This document shows positions 27,201 to 36,619 of a stretch of DNA of 64,000 nucleotides, in pieces. The position numbers were made by a program, and so were the translations under genes. The notes below the pieces were generated by a model, which worked only from the letters and a program-made list of their open reading frames with translations, had not been told where the DNA came from and searched no databases. Origin of the DNA: Ferrithrix thermotolerans DSM 19514 (lineage in GTDB: Bacteria; Actinomycetota; Acidimicrobiia; Acidimicrobiales; CAIXPF01); assembly GCA_945906305.1 (NCBI GenBank), contig CAMDQT010000009.1, positions 1,828-65,827 on the forward strand, in the 5' to 3' direction. The first letter of the stretch is position 1. Every line of letters starts with the position of its first letter.

Positions 27201-28310
27201 ATGGCAAAAGCATTGGTCGTTGGCGGCACCGGGCCGACCGGACCGTACCTGGTTGCCGGGCTGCGCGAACGCGGCTACGACGTGACCATCTTCCACCGTG
27301 GTACCCACGAGATCCCCGAGATCCCCGCCGACATCACCCACATTCACGGCGACCCCCACTTCCCCGAGACCATCGAGGCCGCCCTCGGTGCCACGACCTG
27401 GGACCTCGCGGTCGTAACCTACGGACGGATACGGCACCTCGCCGACGCTCTTGTCGGCAAGGTCGGCCGGTTCGTCTCCGTCGGCGGCTTCCCCCTCTAC
27501 AAGGGCTACTGGGACCCCTTCGAGCTCAGCCCGGCGGGCATGGCCGTGCCCCTTCCCGAAGATGGCGCCGTGGCCGGGCCGCAGGACAACCGATTCTCCT
27601 ACCTGATCCGATCAACCGAGGAGGCGGTGCTGGCGGCGCATCCCGACGCGGCCCACTTCCGCTATCCATACGTGTATGGACCCCACCAGGTCGAGCCCAA
27701 GGAATGGTCGATCGTGCGACGCGTCCTGGACCGGCGACCATACATGCTGGTGGCCGACGGTGGACAAGCTCTGGGCAGCCGGGGCTTTGCGGCCAATCTC
27801 GCCCATGCCGTATTGCTCGCCGTGGACCTACCGCAGCGCTCGGCGGGCCAGATCTACAACTGCGCCGACGAAACCCAGTACAGCGTGCGGCAATGGATCG
27901 AGTTGGTGGCCGCCGCGCTGGGGGCAGAACTGCCGACGCTGAGCCTTCCTCTCGAACTCGCGGGCCACGCTGACTCACTGCTGCTCGAAGGCCAGGGCTT
28001 TCACCGCCTGTTGGACCTGCACAAGCTACGGACCGACCTCGGCTACCACGACGTGGTCAGCGTGCAGGAGGGCGTGCGGATCACGGCCCAATGGCTCGTC
28101 GCCAATCGGCTCGAACCAGGGGGGCAGCTTGAAACGGCCATCGGGGACAGCTTCGACTACGACGCCGAGGACCGCTTGGTCCAGGCCTACCGCCAGGCCG
28201 TCGACGCGCTCGCGCCGTTAACCCCACCCCGCAGGGACAGCGGCTATGCCCCCCACGCCTACGCCCACCCCAAACAAGCTGACCAGGGCCGCGACCATCG
28301 CAATCGCTGA
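27201..28310 (+). CDS. NAD(P)-dependent epimerase/dehydratase-family oxidoreductase
   Basis: 369 aa from ATG 27201 (GAAAGGA upstream). N-terminal VVGGTGPTGPYLV Rossmann motif. The track ORF from 26874 is a 5' over-extension. Confidence 0.8.
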   Translation: MAKALVVGGTGPTGPYLVAGLRERGYDVTIFHRGTHEIPEIPADITHIHGDPHFPETIEAALGATTWDLAVVTYGRIRHLADALVGKVGRFVSVGGFPLYKGYWDPFELSPAGMAVPLPEDGAVAGPQDNRFSYLIRSTEEAVLAAHPDAAHFRYPYVYGPHQVEPKEWSIVRRVLDRRPYMLVADGGQALGSRGFAANLAHAVLLAVDLPQRSAGQIYNCADETQYSVRQWIELVAAALGAELPTLSLPLELAGHADSLLLEGQGFHRLLDLHKLRTDLGYHDVVSVQEGVRITAQWLVANRLEPGGQLETAIGDSFDYDAEDRLVQAYRQAVDALAPLTPPRRDSGYAPHAYAHPKQADQGRDHRNR

Positions 28311-28367
28311 TCGGTGACGTCCGGCACAGCCTTGTCCCCGATCGGCCCCGCTGTGGCAACCTGAACT

Positions 28368-29807
28368 ATGGCCTCCCCACCGAGCACATCCACCGCCTCG
28401 GCGCCGATACCGGCGCGCGCCTGGCGGGCGCTGGTGGTGGGGAGCCTCGGCTACTCGCTGATGGCGTTCAATACCACCGCCACCAACCTGGCCTTCGGTG
28501 ACATCGGCGCCGATTTCCCCGGCACCAGCGCCGCGGCACTGTCGTGGGTAGCGTCGATCTTCTTCATCGGCATGGCCAGCCTCTTGCCGCTCTCTGGCCG
28601 CCTGGCCGATCGGATGGGCCGCCGCCGGATCTTCCGAGCGGGGCTGGTGGCTTTCGCCATCGGATCGGTACTCGCGGCTCTGGCGCCGACGGTGTTGGTG
28701 CTCATCATCGCCCGGCTGGTCACCGCTGCCGGGGGGGCCATGATCGTACCGAGCTCGTTGGCGGTGGTCCTCACCGAGTTCCCGAAGGAACGGCACTTCA
28801 GCGCCGTCGCCTTTTGGAGTGCCACCGGACCGCTCGCCGCCACGGTGGCCCCCGGCCTGTCCGCCATGATCCTGGCGGTATTCAGCTGGCGGCTGCTGTT
28901 CCTGCTCAGCGCCCCCGTCGCCTTACTGATCCTGATTGGCAGCTTCGGATCGCTGCACGAGTCCAAGTCCGAAAAACCGAGCGGCACACTCGATCTGGTC
29001 GGCGTCGTGCTCGGCACCGCCGTGGTCGCCGGCCTGGTGTTCAGTGCCAGCTTCGGCTCCCAGAAAGGCTGGACGAGTCCGACCATTGTGGGGGCCTTCT
29101 TGACCGCGGTGGTGCTGTTCCCGGTTTTCGTCCAGCGCTGTCGCACCCACCCGCAGCCACTGCTGGACATCAAGGTGTTCACCCTGCCCGCGGTCGCCGT
29201 AGCCAACGTCGCAAACTTCCTCCTCAACTTCGCCGGCCTGGCCACATGGCTGGTGTGGCCGCTGTTCTTCACCCGAGTCTGGGGCTTCTCCAAGATGCAG
29301 ACCGGCCTCGCCCTGATGCCCGGTCCGATCGTCAGCGGAGTCGTCACCATCTTCGGCGGACGCCTCTCAGAGAGGTACGGGCACGAACGTATCGTTTCCA
29401 CCGGATCGCTTATCTGCACCGCCGCGGTGATCTGGCCGCTGCTGTTTCTCCAGGAAACGCCCCGCTATCTTCTCGTGGCCCCAGCCCTCGGATTGTTCGG
29501 CATGGGCTGGTCACTGACCTATCCACCGCTCAACAGTGGCGTGCTAACCCGGGTCCAACCCGCCCTTTTCGGCGAGGTGAATGCGTCGTTCAACACGGTG
29601 CGCAACATCGCCGGGGCGCTGGGCATTGCCGTGGCGGTGACCGTCATCGGCCCGGCCGACCGGCCCAATCCCCTTGTCGCCTACCAGCAGGTGTTCTTGG
29701 CGTTCGCGGTCTCGGTGTTCCTGTGCTGGGTGGTGTTGCGCTTCTGGTACCGCCCGGTGAGCGTGAGGGCCCAAACCGCGGACAAAGCAGCCGACTCGCC
29801 GCTGTAG
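28368..29807 (+). CDS. MFS transporter (DHA2/14-TMS-like)
   Basis: 479 aa, many TM helices. LSGRLADRMGRRRIF motif A. Confidence 0.85.
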   Translation: MASPPSTSTASAPIPARAWRALVVGSLGYSLMAFNTTATNLAFGDIGADFPGTSAAALSWVASIFFIGMASLLPLSGRLADRMGRRRIFRAGLVAFAIGSVLAALAPTVLVLIIARLVTAAGGAMIVPSSLAVVLTEFPKERHFSAVAFWSATGPLAATVAPGLSAMILAVFSWRLLFLLSAPVALLILIGSFGSLHESKSEKPSGTLDLVGVVLGTAVVAGLVFSASFGSQKGWTSPTIVGAFLTAVVLFPVFVQRCRTHPQPLLDIKVFTLPAVAVANVANFLLNFAGLATWLVWPLFFTRVWGFSKMQTGLALMPGPIVSGVVTIFGGRLSERYGHERIVSTGSLICTAAVIWPLLFLQETPRYLLVAPALGLFGMGWSLTYPPLNSGVLTRVQPALFGEVNASFNTVRNIAGALGIAVAVTVIGPADRPNPLVAYQQVFLAFAVSVFLCWVVLRFWYRPVSVRAQTADKAADSPL

Positions 29808-29860
29808 CCTGCGCCCGACACAAGCACGGTCCATTCCAGGCCGCACCGATGGGGGTCGCG

Positions 29861-31105
29861 ATGAGCGAGGGGGCAGTGCCCACAATCGAGGGGATCGACT
29901 TCAGCGACCATGAGGGGTTTTGGAGTCGCCCGCTGCCCGAACGCTGGGCCGCCTACGAGCGGCTGCGCCGAGAGGCACCGGTCAGCTTCCATCCAGAGCC
30001 AGCGACAGCCCGGTTCGCGGAGGGGCCGGGGTTCTTCGCCGTCACGCGCCACGCCGACGTGCTGGAGGTGAGCCGCCGTCCGGATCTGTTCTCCTCCGCC
30101 CAAGGCACGTCCATCCGAGACCTGCCGCTGGAGTACAACGAGTTCTTCGGCTCGATGTTGAACATGGACGATCCGCGCCATGCTCGACTGCGCGGACTGG
30201 TGTCCTCGGCGTTCACCCCCCGCACGATGGCCCGCATCGAGGCTGACCTTGCGGCCATCGCCCGCGGCCTGGTGGACCGCCTGCTAGACACCGGCCCCTG
30301 CGATTTCGTGTCCGTCGTGGCATCGCGGCTGCCGTTACAGGCCATTTGCCTGATGATGGGTATCCCCGCCGAACACCACGACCTCGTGGTGCGCATGTCC
30401 GACATCATCCTCGACCCGGGCTCAACGCCCGCCGGTGTGCCTCGCAGCCGCGCTGTACTCGAGGCGGGCCGAACTCTCGCCGCCATGATGGATGACGTCA
30501 TCGCCACCCTGGCCCCCGACAGCGACACGTTGCTCGCAGCCCTGGTGCGGGCCGAGGTCGACGCGCAGCGGCTCACCCAGCAGGAGATCCAGTCCTTCTT
30601 CGTGGTGCTCACCGCGGCTGGCAACGAGACGACCCGCAACGCCAGCACCTGGGGACTGCGGTTCATGACCGAGTTCGCCGATCAACGCGCGGCGTGGATG
30701 GCCGAACCAGACGCGTTGGCCAACACCGCGGTAGAGGAGATCGTGCGATTCGCCAGCCCGGTCATCCAGTTTCGCCGCACGGTCACCCAGGACGGCGTGA
30801 AGCTCAGCGGGCACACCTTCGCCGCGGGCGACAAGGTAGTCATGTTCTACGAGTCGGCCAACCGTGACCCCGCCGTGTTTGAACAACCTGAACGGTTCGA
30901 CATCCGGCGAGAGCCGAACCAGCATGTCGGTTTCGGAGGTCCCGGGCCCCATTTCTGTATCGGCGCCCACCTCGCCCGCCGGCAGTTGATGGTCCTGTTC
31001 AAAGAGTTGTTCACCCGGGTCCCCACCCTGGTGGCCGACGGCCCAGCCGTACGCACGGTCTCCAGCCTGCTCAACGGCATCCGCCACCAGCCCTGCACCT
31101 GGTGA
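29861..31105 (+). CDS. Cytochrome P450
   Basis: Heme loop FGGPGPHFCIGAHLA, AAGNETT I-helix, MDDPRHARLR. The N-terminal region resembles CYP124/125/142-type lipid/steroid hydroxylases as I recall them. Start is ATG 29861 (GGGGG SD) or ATG 29849. Confidence 0.9.
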   Translation: MSEGAVPTIEGIDFSDHEGFWSRPLPERWAAYERLRREAPVSFHPEPATARFAEGPGFFAVTRHADVLEVSRRPDLFSSAQGTSIRDLPLEYNEFFGSMLNMDDPRHARLRGLVSSAFTPRTMARIEADLAAIARGLVDRLLDTGPCDFVSVVASRLPLQAICLMMGIPAEHHDLVVRMSDIILDPGSTPAGVPRSRAVLEAGRTLAAMMDDVIATLAPDSDTLLAALVRAEVDAQRLTQQEIQSFFVVLTAAGNETTRNASTWGLRFMTEFADQRAAWMAEPDALANTAVEEIVRFASPVIQFRRTVTQDGVKLSGHTFAAGDKVVMFYESANRDPAVFEQPERFDIRREPNQHVGFGGPGPHFCIGAHLARRQLMVLFKELFTRVPTLVADGPAVRTVSSLLNGIRHQPCTW

Positions 31106-31139
31106 CCGGTACCCCGGCCGCGCCCTACGGTGCAGCCGG

Positions 31140-32096
31140 TCAGGCCAACTGGGCGGCCAGATCGGGCCAGGCGACTGGGCCCCGTGGCAGCACTGCGGGC
31201 GAGAACCGATCGAACAGGCCGCTGAGATCGGCCGGTTCAACCATTTCCCCTCCGTCGAGCAAGCCGAGGCTCGCCGCGAGCACGGAGAGGACCATCTGGA
31301 GGCGAGCGGCCCGGTGCGGCGGGTCCAAGCCCGCCGTGAGTTCGGCCAGGGTCACGGCGCCGTGGCGCTTGGCGAGCCGCGTGCCATCGGGCCCGAGCAC
31401 CAACGGCACATGCAGGTAGGACGGGGTGGGTAAACCCAACAGCCGCTGCAGGTAGATCTGCCGCGGCGTGCTGGACAACAAATCGTCACCGCGAACCACC
31501 TGGGTCACCTGCTGCGCCGCGTCGTCGACCACCACCGCCAAGTTGTACGCCGGCACCCCATCGGCTCGGGCGAGGACCACATCGTCCACCTGTCCTTCGA
31601 CCATACCAACCAGTTCGTCGACGAATCCCACCGGCTCGTCGGCGGTCCGCAGCCGCAAGGCGGGCCGCCGCCCCGCGGCCTGCAACGCCGACCGCTGGCG
31701 AGCCGACAGCGCACGGCAAGTACCGCGATACGCACCGTCGGCAACCAAACCATGCGGTGCGCTCGCAGCGGCGGCGATTTCGGCGCGAATCTCCTTGCGG
31801 GTGCAGTAGCACGGGTAAAGGACCCCGAGGTCATCGAGTTGCGTTAAGGCCGCGCGGTAGCGCTCGAACCGTTCGCTCTGACGCAGCACGGGGCCGTCCC
31901 AGTCCAGCCCGAGGGAGGCGAGGTCCTCGAGCTGGGCCCGCTCGTGCACGGGCGAGGATGTGACGCGATCGAGGTCCTCCATTCGAACCAGGAAACCCCG
32001 GCCCGAGGAGCGGGCCGCGAACCACGCCACCAACGCGGTACGCAGGTTGCCGAGGTGCAGCGAGCCCGTCGGGGACGGTGCGAAACGACCGGACAT
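31140..32096 (-). CDS. gluQ: tRNA glutamyl-Q(34) synthetase (GluQRS, truncated GluRS paralog)
   Basis: 318 aa. RFAPSPTGSLHLGN (HIGH), YPCYCTRKE, AYNLAVVVDD, VVRGDDL, LAKRHG. Lacks an anticodon-binding domain, as expected for GluQRS. Confidence 0.9.
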   Translation of the reverse strand: MSGRFAPSPTGSLHLGNLRTALVAWFAARSSGRGFLVRMEDLDRVTSSPVHERAQLEDLASLGLDWDGPVLRQSERFERYRAALTQLDDLGVLYPCYCTRKEIRAEIAAAASAPHGLVADGAYRGTCRALSARQRSALQAAGRRPALRLRTADEPVGFVDELVGMVEGQVDDVVLARADGVPAYNLAVVVDDAAQQVTQVVRGDDLLSSTPRQIYLQRLLGLPTPSYLHVPLVLGPDGTRLAKRHGAVTLAELTAGLDPPHRAARLQMVLSVLAASLGLLDGGEMVEPADLSGLFDRFSPAVLPRGPVAWPDLAAQLA

Positions 32097-32163
32097 GGCG
32101 CCATTGTGCCGCCCATACCTACGCCGCGCACAGCTCTCGCACAGCCGGGTGCAACCTCAGGAC

Positions 32164-33090
32164 TCACCCGACAAGGGCCTCCCGCTGTTCGAACAGCACC
32201 GCGGCCGCGGCGGGCAGATCCCGGCCACCCACCGGTAGCGGGGCTAGGTCGACATCGGTCAATCCGACGGCGGCGAGATCGGCCAGCCGCTGACGGCAGT
32301 GTTGCACCGGGCCCGCGAGCACGATGGCGTCGATGAGGCCATCCGGTACCGAGGCGACGTCGGTGAAGCCGGAGGCCTCGAACATGGTTCGGTAATGCGG
32401 CAAAGTCGTATAGAAGGACAGGAATGACCGAGCCGCGGCCCTTGCCGTCTCGAGGTCCTCGTCGATGAAGGTTGGAAGCAGCAAGCTGAACTCGAGTTGG
32501 TCGGGATCGCGGCCGGCGGATTCGGCCCCGCGACGGAAGCAATCACGCACGCTGGCCAGACGCGACGCAGTGGCGAGATAGCCCATGACCCCATCGGCGT
32601 GACGGCCCGCCGCGGTCGCCGAACCGAGGCCGACCGCGGCCCAGGGAATGGGGATTGGATGTGACGCCGGCCCACAGCGTCCGGCTTCGCCGGCGAACAA
32701 CGCCCGCAACCGTTCGGTGGTCTGCGTCAACGCCTCCGCCGGAGGCTGCCAGGTGAGACCCAAGCCTTGCACCGCCCGGCGATTGTTCGGCCCGATGCCC
32801 AACACCAGCCGCCCGGCGGACACATCGGCCACGGCCACGGCGGCGGCACCGAGCATGTCGACTCGTCGCAAATAGATGTTGGCGATGCCGGTGCCCACTC
32901 CGATGGAATCCGTCGCCATGGCGATAGCGGCCAGTTGCACCATGGCCTCGTTGGTCTCAACGCTCTCCACCAGCAGAAACCGAGCGAACCCCGCCCGCTC
33001 GGCCTGCTGGGCCAAGGAAACCTTGGTCCGCGTTGGCAGTTCTGCCCCGAAAGAGGTGACCCCGACCCGCAGCGATCTTGTGGTGCTCAT
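32164..33090 (-). CDS. LLM-class flavin/F420-dependent oxidoreductase
   Basis: 308 aa from ATG 33090 (MSTTRSLRVGV). VSAGRLVLGIGPNN. Confidence 0.8.
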   Translation of the reverse strand: MSTTRSLRVGVTSFGAELPTRTKVSLAQQAERAGFARFLLVESVETNEAMVQLAAIAMATDSIGVGTGIANIYLRRVDMLGAAAVAVADVSAGRLVLGIGPNNRRAVQGLGLTWQPPAEALTQTTERLRALFAGEAGRCGPASHPIPIPWAAVGLGSATAAGRHADGVMGYLATASRLASVRDCFRRGAESAGRDPDQLEFSLLLPTFIDEDLETARAAARSFLSFYTTLPHYRTMFEASGFTDVASVPDGLIDAIVLAGPVQHCRQRLADLAAVGLTDVDLAPLPVGGRDLPAAAAVLFEQREALVG

Positions 33091-33244
33091 GTACCCAGAA
33101 GCTAGCCGCGGTCCCCAGATGCCTTCCGCCGGTAGAGCGAAACTGCGCTCCGGATGAGGCTCGGCAACCTTATTGACCATTTGACACCGGCATTGGCGCT
33201 ACGGTGCCCGCCATGAGCGGCATTCGCACCGGTGGCCTGCATCG

Positions 33245-34771
33245 ATGACGACCATCGACCCCGACCTCCCCGGCGACGCCGACGAGCTCGAATCACTCCA
33301 ACAGGAGCGCCTTGAGCGCGCCCATGCCGACAAATGGAAATCGTTCATCGCCATCGCTATCGCCTTTGTGACGATGGTTTTCAGCATGTCCATGGTGTTC
33401 GTGGCGCTGTCGGCCATTGCCGACGACTTCGGCGTGACCTTGCGGGCAGTCAGCTGGGTGGTCATCGTGCAGTCTCTGGTCATCAGCGGGCTGATGCTGC
33501 CAATGGGGCGCGTCGCGGACATCGTCGGCCGTCGCCGAGTGCACCTCATCGGGCTGCTGCTCTTTGCGGGTGGGGCGCTCGGGGTGGCACTCGCGCCGAC
33601 CTTCGGCCTGATGATCGCCGCTCGGGCGGTCATGTCCGTCGGCAATGCCATGGGCCAGGCGGTAGGCACCGCCATGATCGTCGCCATCTTCCCCCCCGAG
33701 GAGCGAGGCAAGGCGTTGGGCAGTCAGACATCGGTGGTCGCCATCGGCGCAGCCATGGGACCGATCGGCGCGGGCCTGCTATTGCAGGTGCTGGCTTGGC
33801 AGTGGCTCTTCCTGTTGCTGATCCCACCCCTGCTGGTGGCCTTCGTCGCCGGCTATCGCTACCTCGACGAGTCAGTGGTAAGCGCCAGCGGCGCCGCATC
33901 CGCCGCGGTTGCTGCCCCACCCAAGGCCCGGCCACGCTTCGACTGGGGTGGCGCGGCGCTGTCGAGCCTTGCCATCACCGTCATGGTGCTGACCGTGAGC
34001 AATCCCCTGGCACTGGGCTGGACCTCGCTCATCATGATCGGAGGTGGGCTCGCGATCATCGTGCTTTTCGCGGCGTTCATACGCTGGGAGTTGCGCCATG
34101 ACTCGCCGATGCTGCAACTACGTTTGTTCACCCACCCGGCGTTCAGCATCTCGGTGACCGCCCGAACGCTCGGCTTCGTGGGCTACACCACAACAATCTT
34201 CCTGATGCCGATCTTCCTCATCAGCGTGCGCGGGCTGAGTGAGGGCCTCACCGGCGCGGTCCTGTTCCTGTCCTCATTGGGCATGGGCATTGCCGCCAAC
34301 GTGTCGGGCCGCTTCACCGACCGCATCGGTGAACGACCAATTCTTGTCGCCGGTTTCGCGCTCAACGCCGTGGCCGTTCTCGGCGCGGCCTTGCTCACCC
34401 GATCGACCCCGTTGTGGCTGGTGATGGCGTTACTCTTCGCCAACGGGCTGGGCTTGGGCCTGTGGAATGTGCCCAACAGCACCGTGATTCTGGCCTCCGC
34501 GCCACGGGAGCATCTCGGCGTGGTCGGCGCGTTCATGAACCTCACCCGCAATATCGGCAGCGTCGTCGGCCAGGCCGTGGCCTCCGCCATCGTCGTCGGG
34601 GTGATGACCTCAAGGGGTTTCGACATCGCTCTGTCGAAGATCGCCGTTACCCCCGGCGCCGAGGCGGCGTTCCTGCACGGCAGCTTTCTGGCCTACCTCG
34701 TCGTCACCGTGTTGTCGGTAGCGGCCTTGGTCCTCGGGCTGTTCAACAAACCCCGCCCGGCGCTGCACTGA
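33245..34771 (+). CDS. MFS transporter (DHA2/14-TMS-like)
   Basis: 508 aa. PMGRVADIVGRRRVH motif A, about 14 hydrophobic segments. Confidence 0.85.
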   Translation: MTTIDPDLPGDADELESLQQERLERAHADKWKSFIAIAIAFVTMVFSMSMVFVALSAIADDFGVTLRAVSWVVIVQSLVISGLMLPMGRVADIVGRRRVHLIGLLLFAGGALGVALAPTFGLMIAARAVMSVGNAMGQAVGTAMIVAIFPPEERGKALGSQTSVVAIGAAMGPIGAGLLLQVLAWQWLFLLLIPPLLVAFVAGYRYLDESVVSASGAASAAVAAPPKARPRFDWGGAALSSLAITVMVLTVSNPLALGWTSLIMIGGGLAIIVLFAAFIRWELRHDSPMLQLRLFTHPAFSISVTARTLGFVGYTTTIFLMPIFLISVRGLSEGLTGAVLFLSSLGMGIAANVSGRFTDRIGERPILVAGFALNAVAVLGAALLTRSTPLWLVMALLFANGLGLGLWNVPNSTVILASAPREHLGVVGAFMNLTRNIGSVVGQAVASAIVVGVMTSRGFDIALSKIAVTPGAEAAFLHGSFLAYLVVTVLSVAALVLGLFNKPRPALH

Positions 34772-34791
34772 CTGCGCCCGCAATGCTGCGT

Positions 34792-36441
34792 TCAGGACGA
34801 GCAGGAGAGCATCGAGCAACCGACCCGATGACGGGCCCACTCTGGCCGCCGGGCGGCGAACCGTTCCCGGCCCGGTTGTTCGTCATAGGGGTGACGCAGC
34901 ACGTCGGCGAGTTCGCTGAGTAGCGAGAGGTCACCGGCCTCCGCCGCGTCGATGGCCTCCTGGGCTAGGTAGTTGCGCAGCACGAAGCGGGGATTGAGCC
35001 CGTCCATGATCTGACGACGTTCATCCTCGGCCAGTCCCCCGACGCCAACGCGAACCGCCCATGACCGCAGCCAACGCACCATCGCCTCGCCCGCCGCCCC
35101 TGCCGCATCGGCGGGCTCGTACCAGATCTCGCGCAACGGGCCGAGCAACTCCTCGTCGGGGCGGGCAGCAACGTCGTTCACCGGCACCCGGGCCAGATCC
35201 CGGAAGAACAGCACTTGGTCAATTTCAGCGGAGGTCAGAACCGCGAAGAGCTCTGCGAGGCGCTCCTCATCGCCAGCCGCGAAGCTGCCCCAGCCCAACC
35301 GGGCGGCCATCATGGCGTGGTACTGCTCCTGGTAGCAGCCGGAGTAAGCGTCGAGGGCAGCCTGCAACGGTTGTGGATCCTCCACCAGCCCTACCAGCGC
35401 ATTGGCTAACTGCCACAGGTTCCAGTGAACGATCTCGGGCTGGTTGCCGTAGCGGTAACGGCGGCCCTGGGCATCGGTGGTGTTCGGCGTCCAGCCCGGA
35501 TCGAAGTTCTCCAGCCAGCCGTACGGACCGTAGTCAAGGGTGAGGCCGAGAATGGACAGGTTGTCGGTGTTCAGCACCCCGTGTACGAAGCCGACCCGCA
35601 TCCAGTCCACCACCAGCGCGGTGCTACGAGCGCACACTTCAGCGAGCAAAGCGCCGACCTGTTCCTCAAAGGAACCGAGAGCGACCAGGTGCGGAAAATC
35701 GTTGCGAAGGGTGAACTCCACGAGGCGACGCAACAAGACTCGGTCCTGCCGCGACGCCGGCAACTGGAAGGTTCCGAAACGTAGGAACGACGGCGCCACC
35801 CGGCACACCACCGCGCCGGGCTCGGGGCGAGGGTGACCGTCGTAGAGCACGTCGCGCACGACATCATCACCGGTAGCGACCAGACACAACGCCCGCGTCG
35901 TGGCGATGCCGAGGTGGTGCATCGCTTCGCTGCACAGATACTCGCGGATCGACGAGCGCAACACGGCGCGGCCGTCGGCACCGCGCGAGTACGGCGTCGG
36001 CCCGGCGCCCTTGAGCTGCAACGTCTGATGAACGCCGTGACGATCGAGCACCTCCCCCAGGGCAATGGCTCGACCATCTCCAAGCTGGCCGGCCCAGTTT
36101 CCGAACTGATGGCCGCCGTAGCAAGCGGCGTAGGGTTCGGCGCCGGCAGGCAGCCGGTTGCCGCCGAACACCTCGGCAAACGCGGCCGAGCGGACGACGT
36201 CTTCGGACAATCCGAGCTGGTCAGCAACCTCGGGCGACCAAGCCAGCAGCCGCGGGGCGCTGACCGGGGTCGGCCGGACCGGACTTGAGGCCGCACCGAG
36301 CACCTGGCGGACCCCGTTGGCGGAGTCGGGGTCTCCCGGCAGTTCGGCGGTGAAACGGTTCGTGAAACGCATGCCGTCCAACGCCACAAGATCGTCAGCG
36401 CTCGGACCGGGTCGTGGCGGAAGGGAAGACTCAGTGCTCAT
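34792..36441 (-). CDS. selO: Protein adenylyltransferase SelO (YdiU/UPF0061)
   Basis: 549 aa. YGGHQFGNWAGQLGDGRA, GVLNTDNLSILG, C-terminal ...CSMLSCSS. Confidence 0.9.
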   Translation of the reverse strand: MSTESSLPPRPGPSADDLVALDGMRFTNRFTAELPGDPDSANGVRQVLGAASSPVRPTPVSAPRLLAWSPEVADQLGLSEDVVRSAAFAEVFGGNRLPAGAEPYAACYGGHQFGNWAGQLGDGRAIALGEVLDRHGVHQTLQLKGAGPTPYSRGADGRAVLRSSIREYLCSEAMHHLGIATTRALCLVATGDDVVRDVLYDGHPRPEPGAVVCRVAPSFLRFGTFQLPASRQDRVLLRRLVEFTLRNDFPHLVALGSFEEQVGALLAEVCARSTALVVDWMRVGFVHGVLNTDNLSILGLTLDYGPYGWLENFDPGWTPNTTDAQGRRYRYGNQPEIVHWNLWQLANALVGLVEDPQPLQAALDAYSGCYQEQYHAMMAARLGWGSFAAGDEERLAELFAVLTSAEIDQVLFFRDLARVPVNDVAARPDEELLGPLREIWYEPADAAGAAGEAMVRWLRSWAVRVGVGGLAEDERRQIMDGLNPRFVLRNYLAQEAIDAAEAGDLSLLSELADVLRHPYDEQPGRERFAARRPEWARHRVGCSMLSCSS

Positions 36442-36619
36442 CGAGCCTCAGGTTACCGAAGGGCCAGCCCTCCCGGCCGACCCAGTCGCCAGCGGCCGGA
36501 TTAGCGCCGATGCACGTTATGGCAGCGTTCGGTGCTGGCCGTGGCGGCGTCCAGCTCATTGTTCGACGCCGCACCATTTTATTTCAGCCCGGCGTAGCGA
36601 TTGCGGCATCGACGAACCC

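Noticed and set aside
28544-29848. N-terminal 435 codons of the 853-aa ORF that ends as the P450
   Set aside because: This part overlaps the MFS transporter gene in another frame and is Arg/Pro/Gly-rich low complexity. P450 homology begins only at about 29861.
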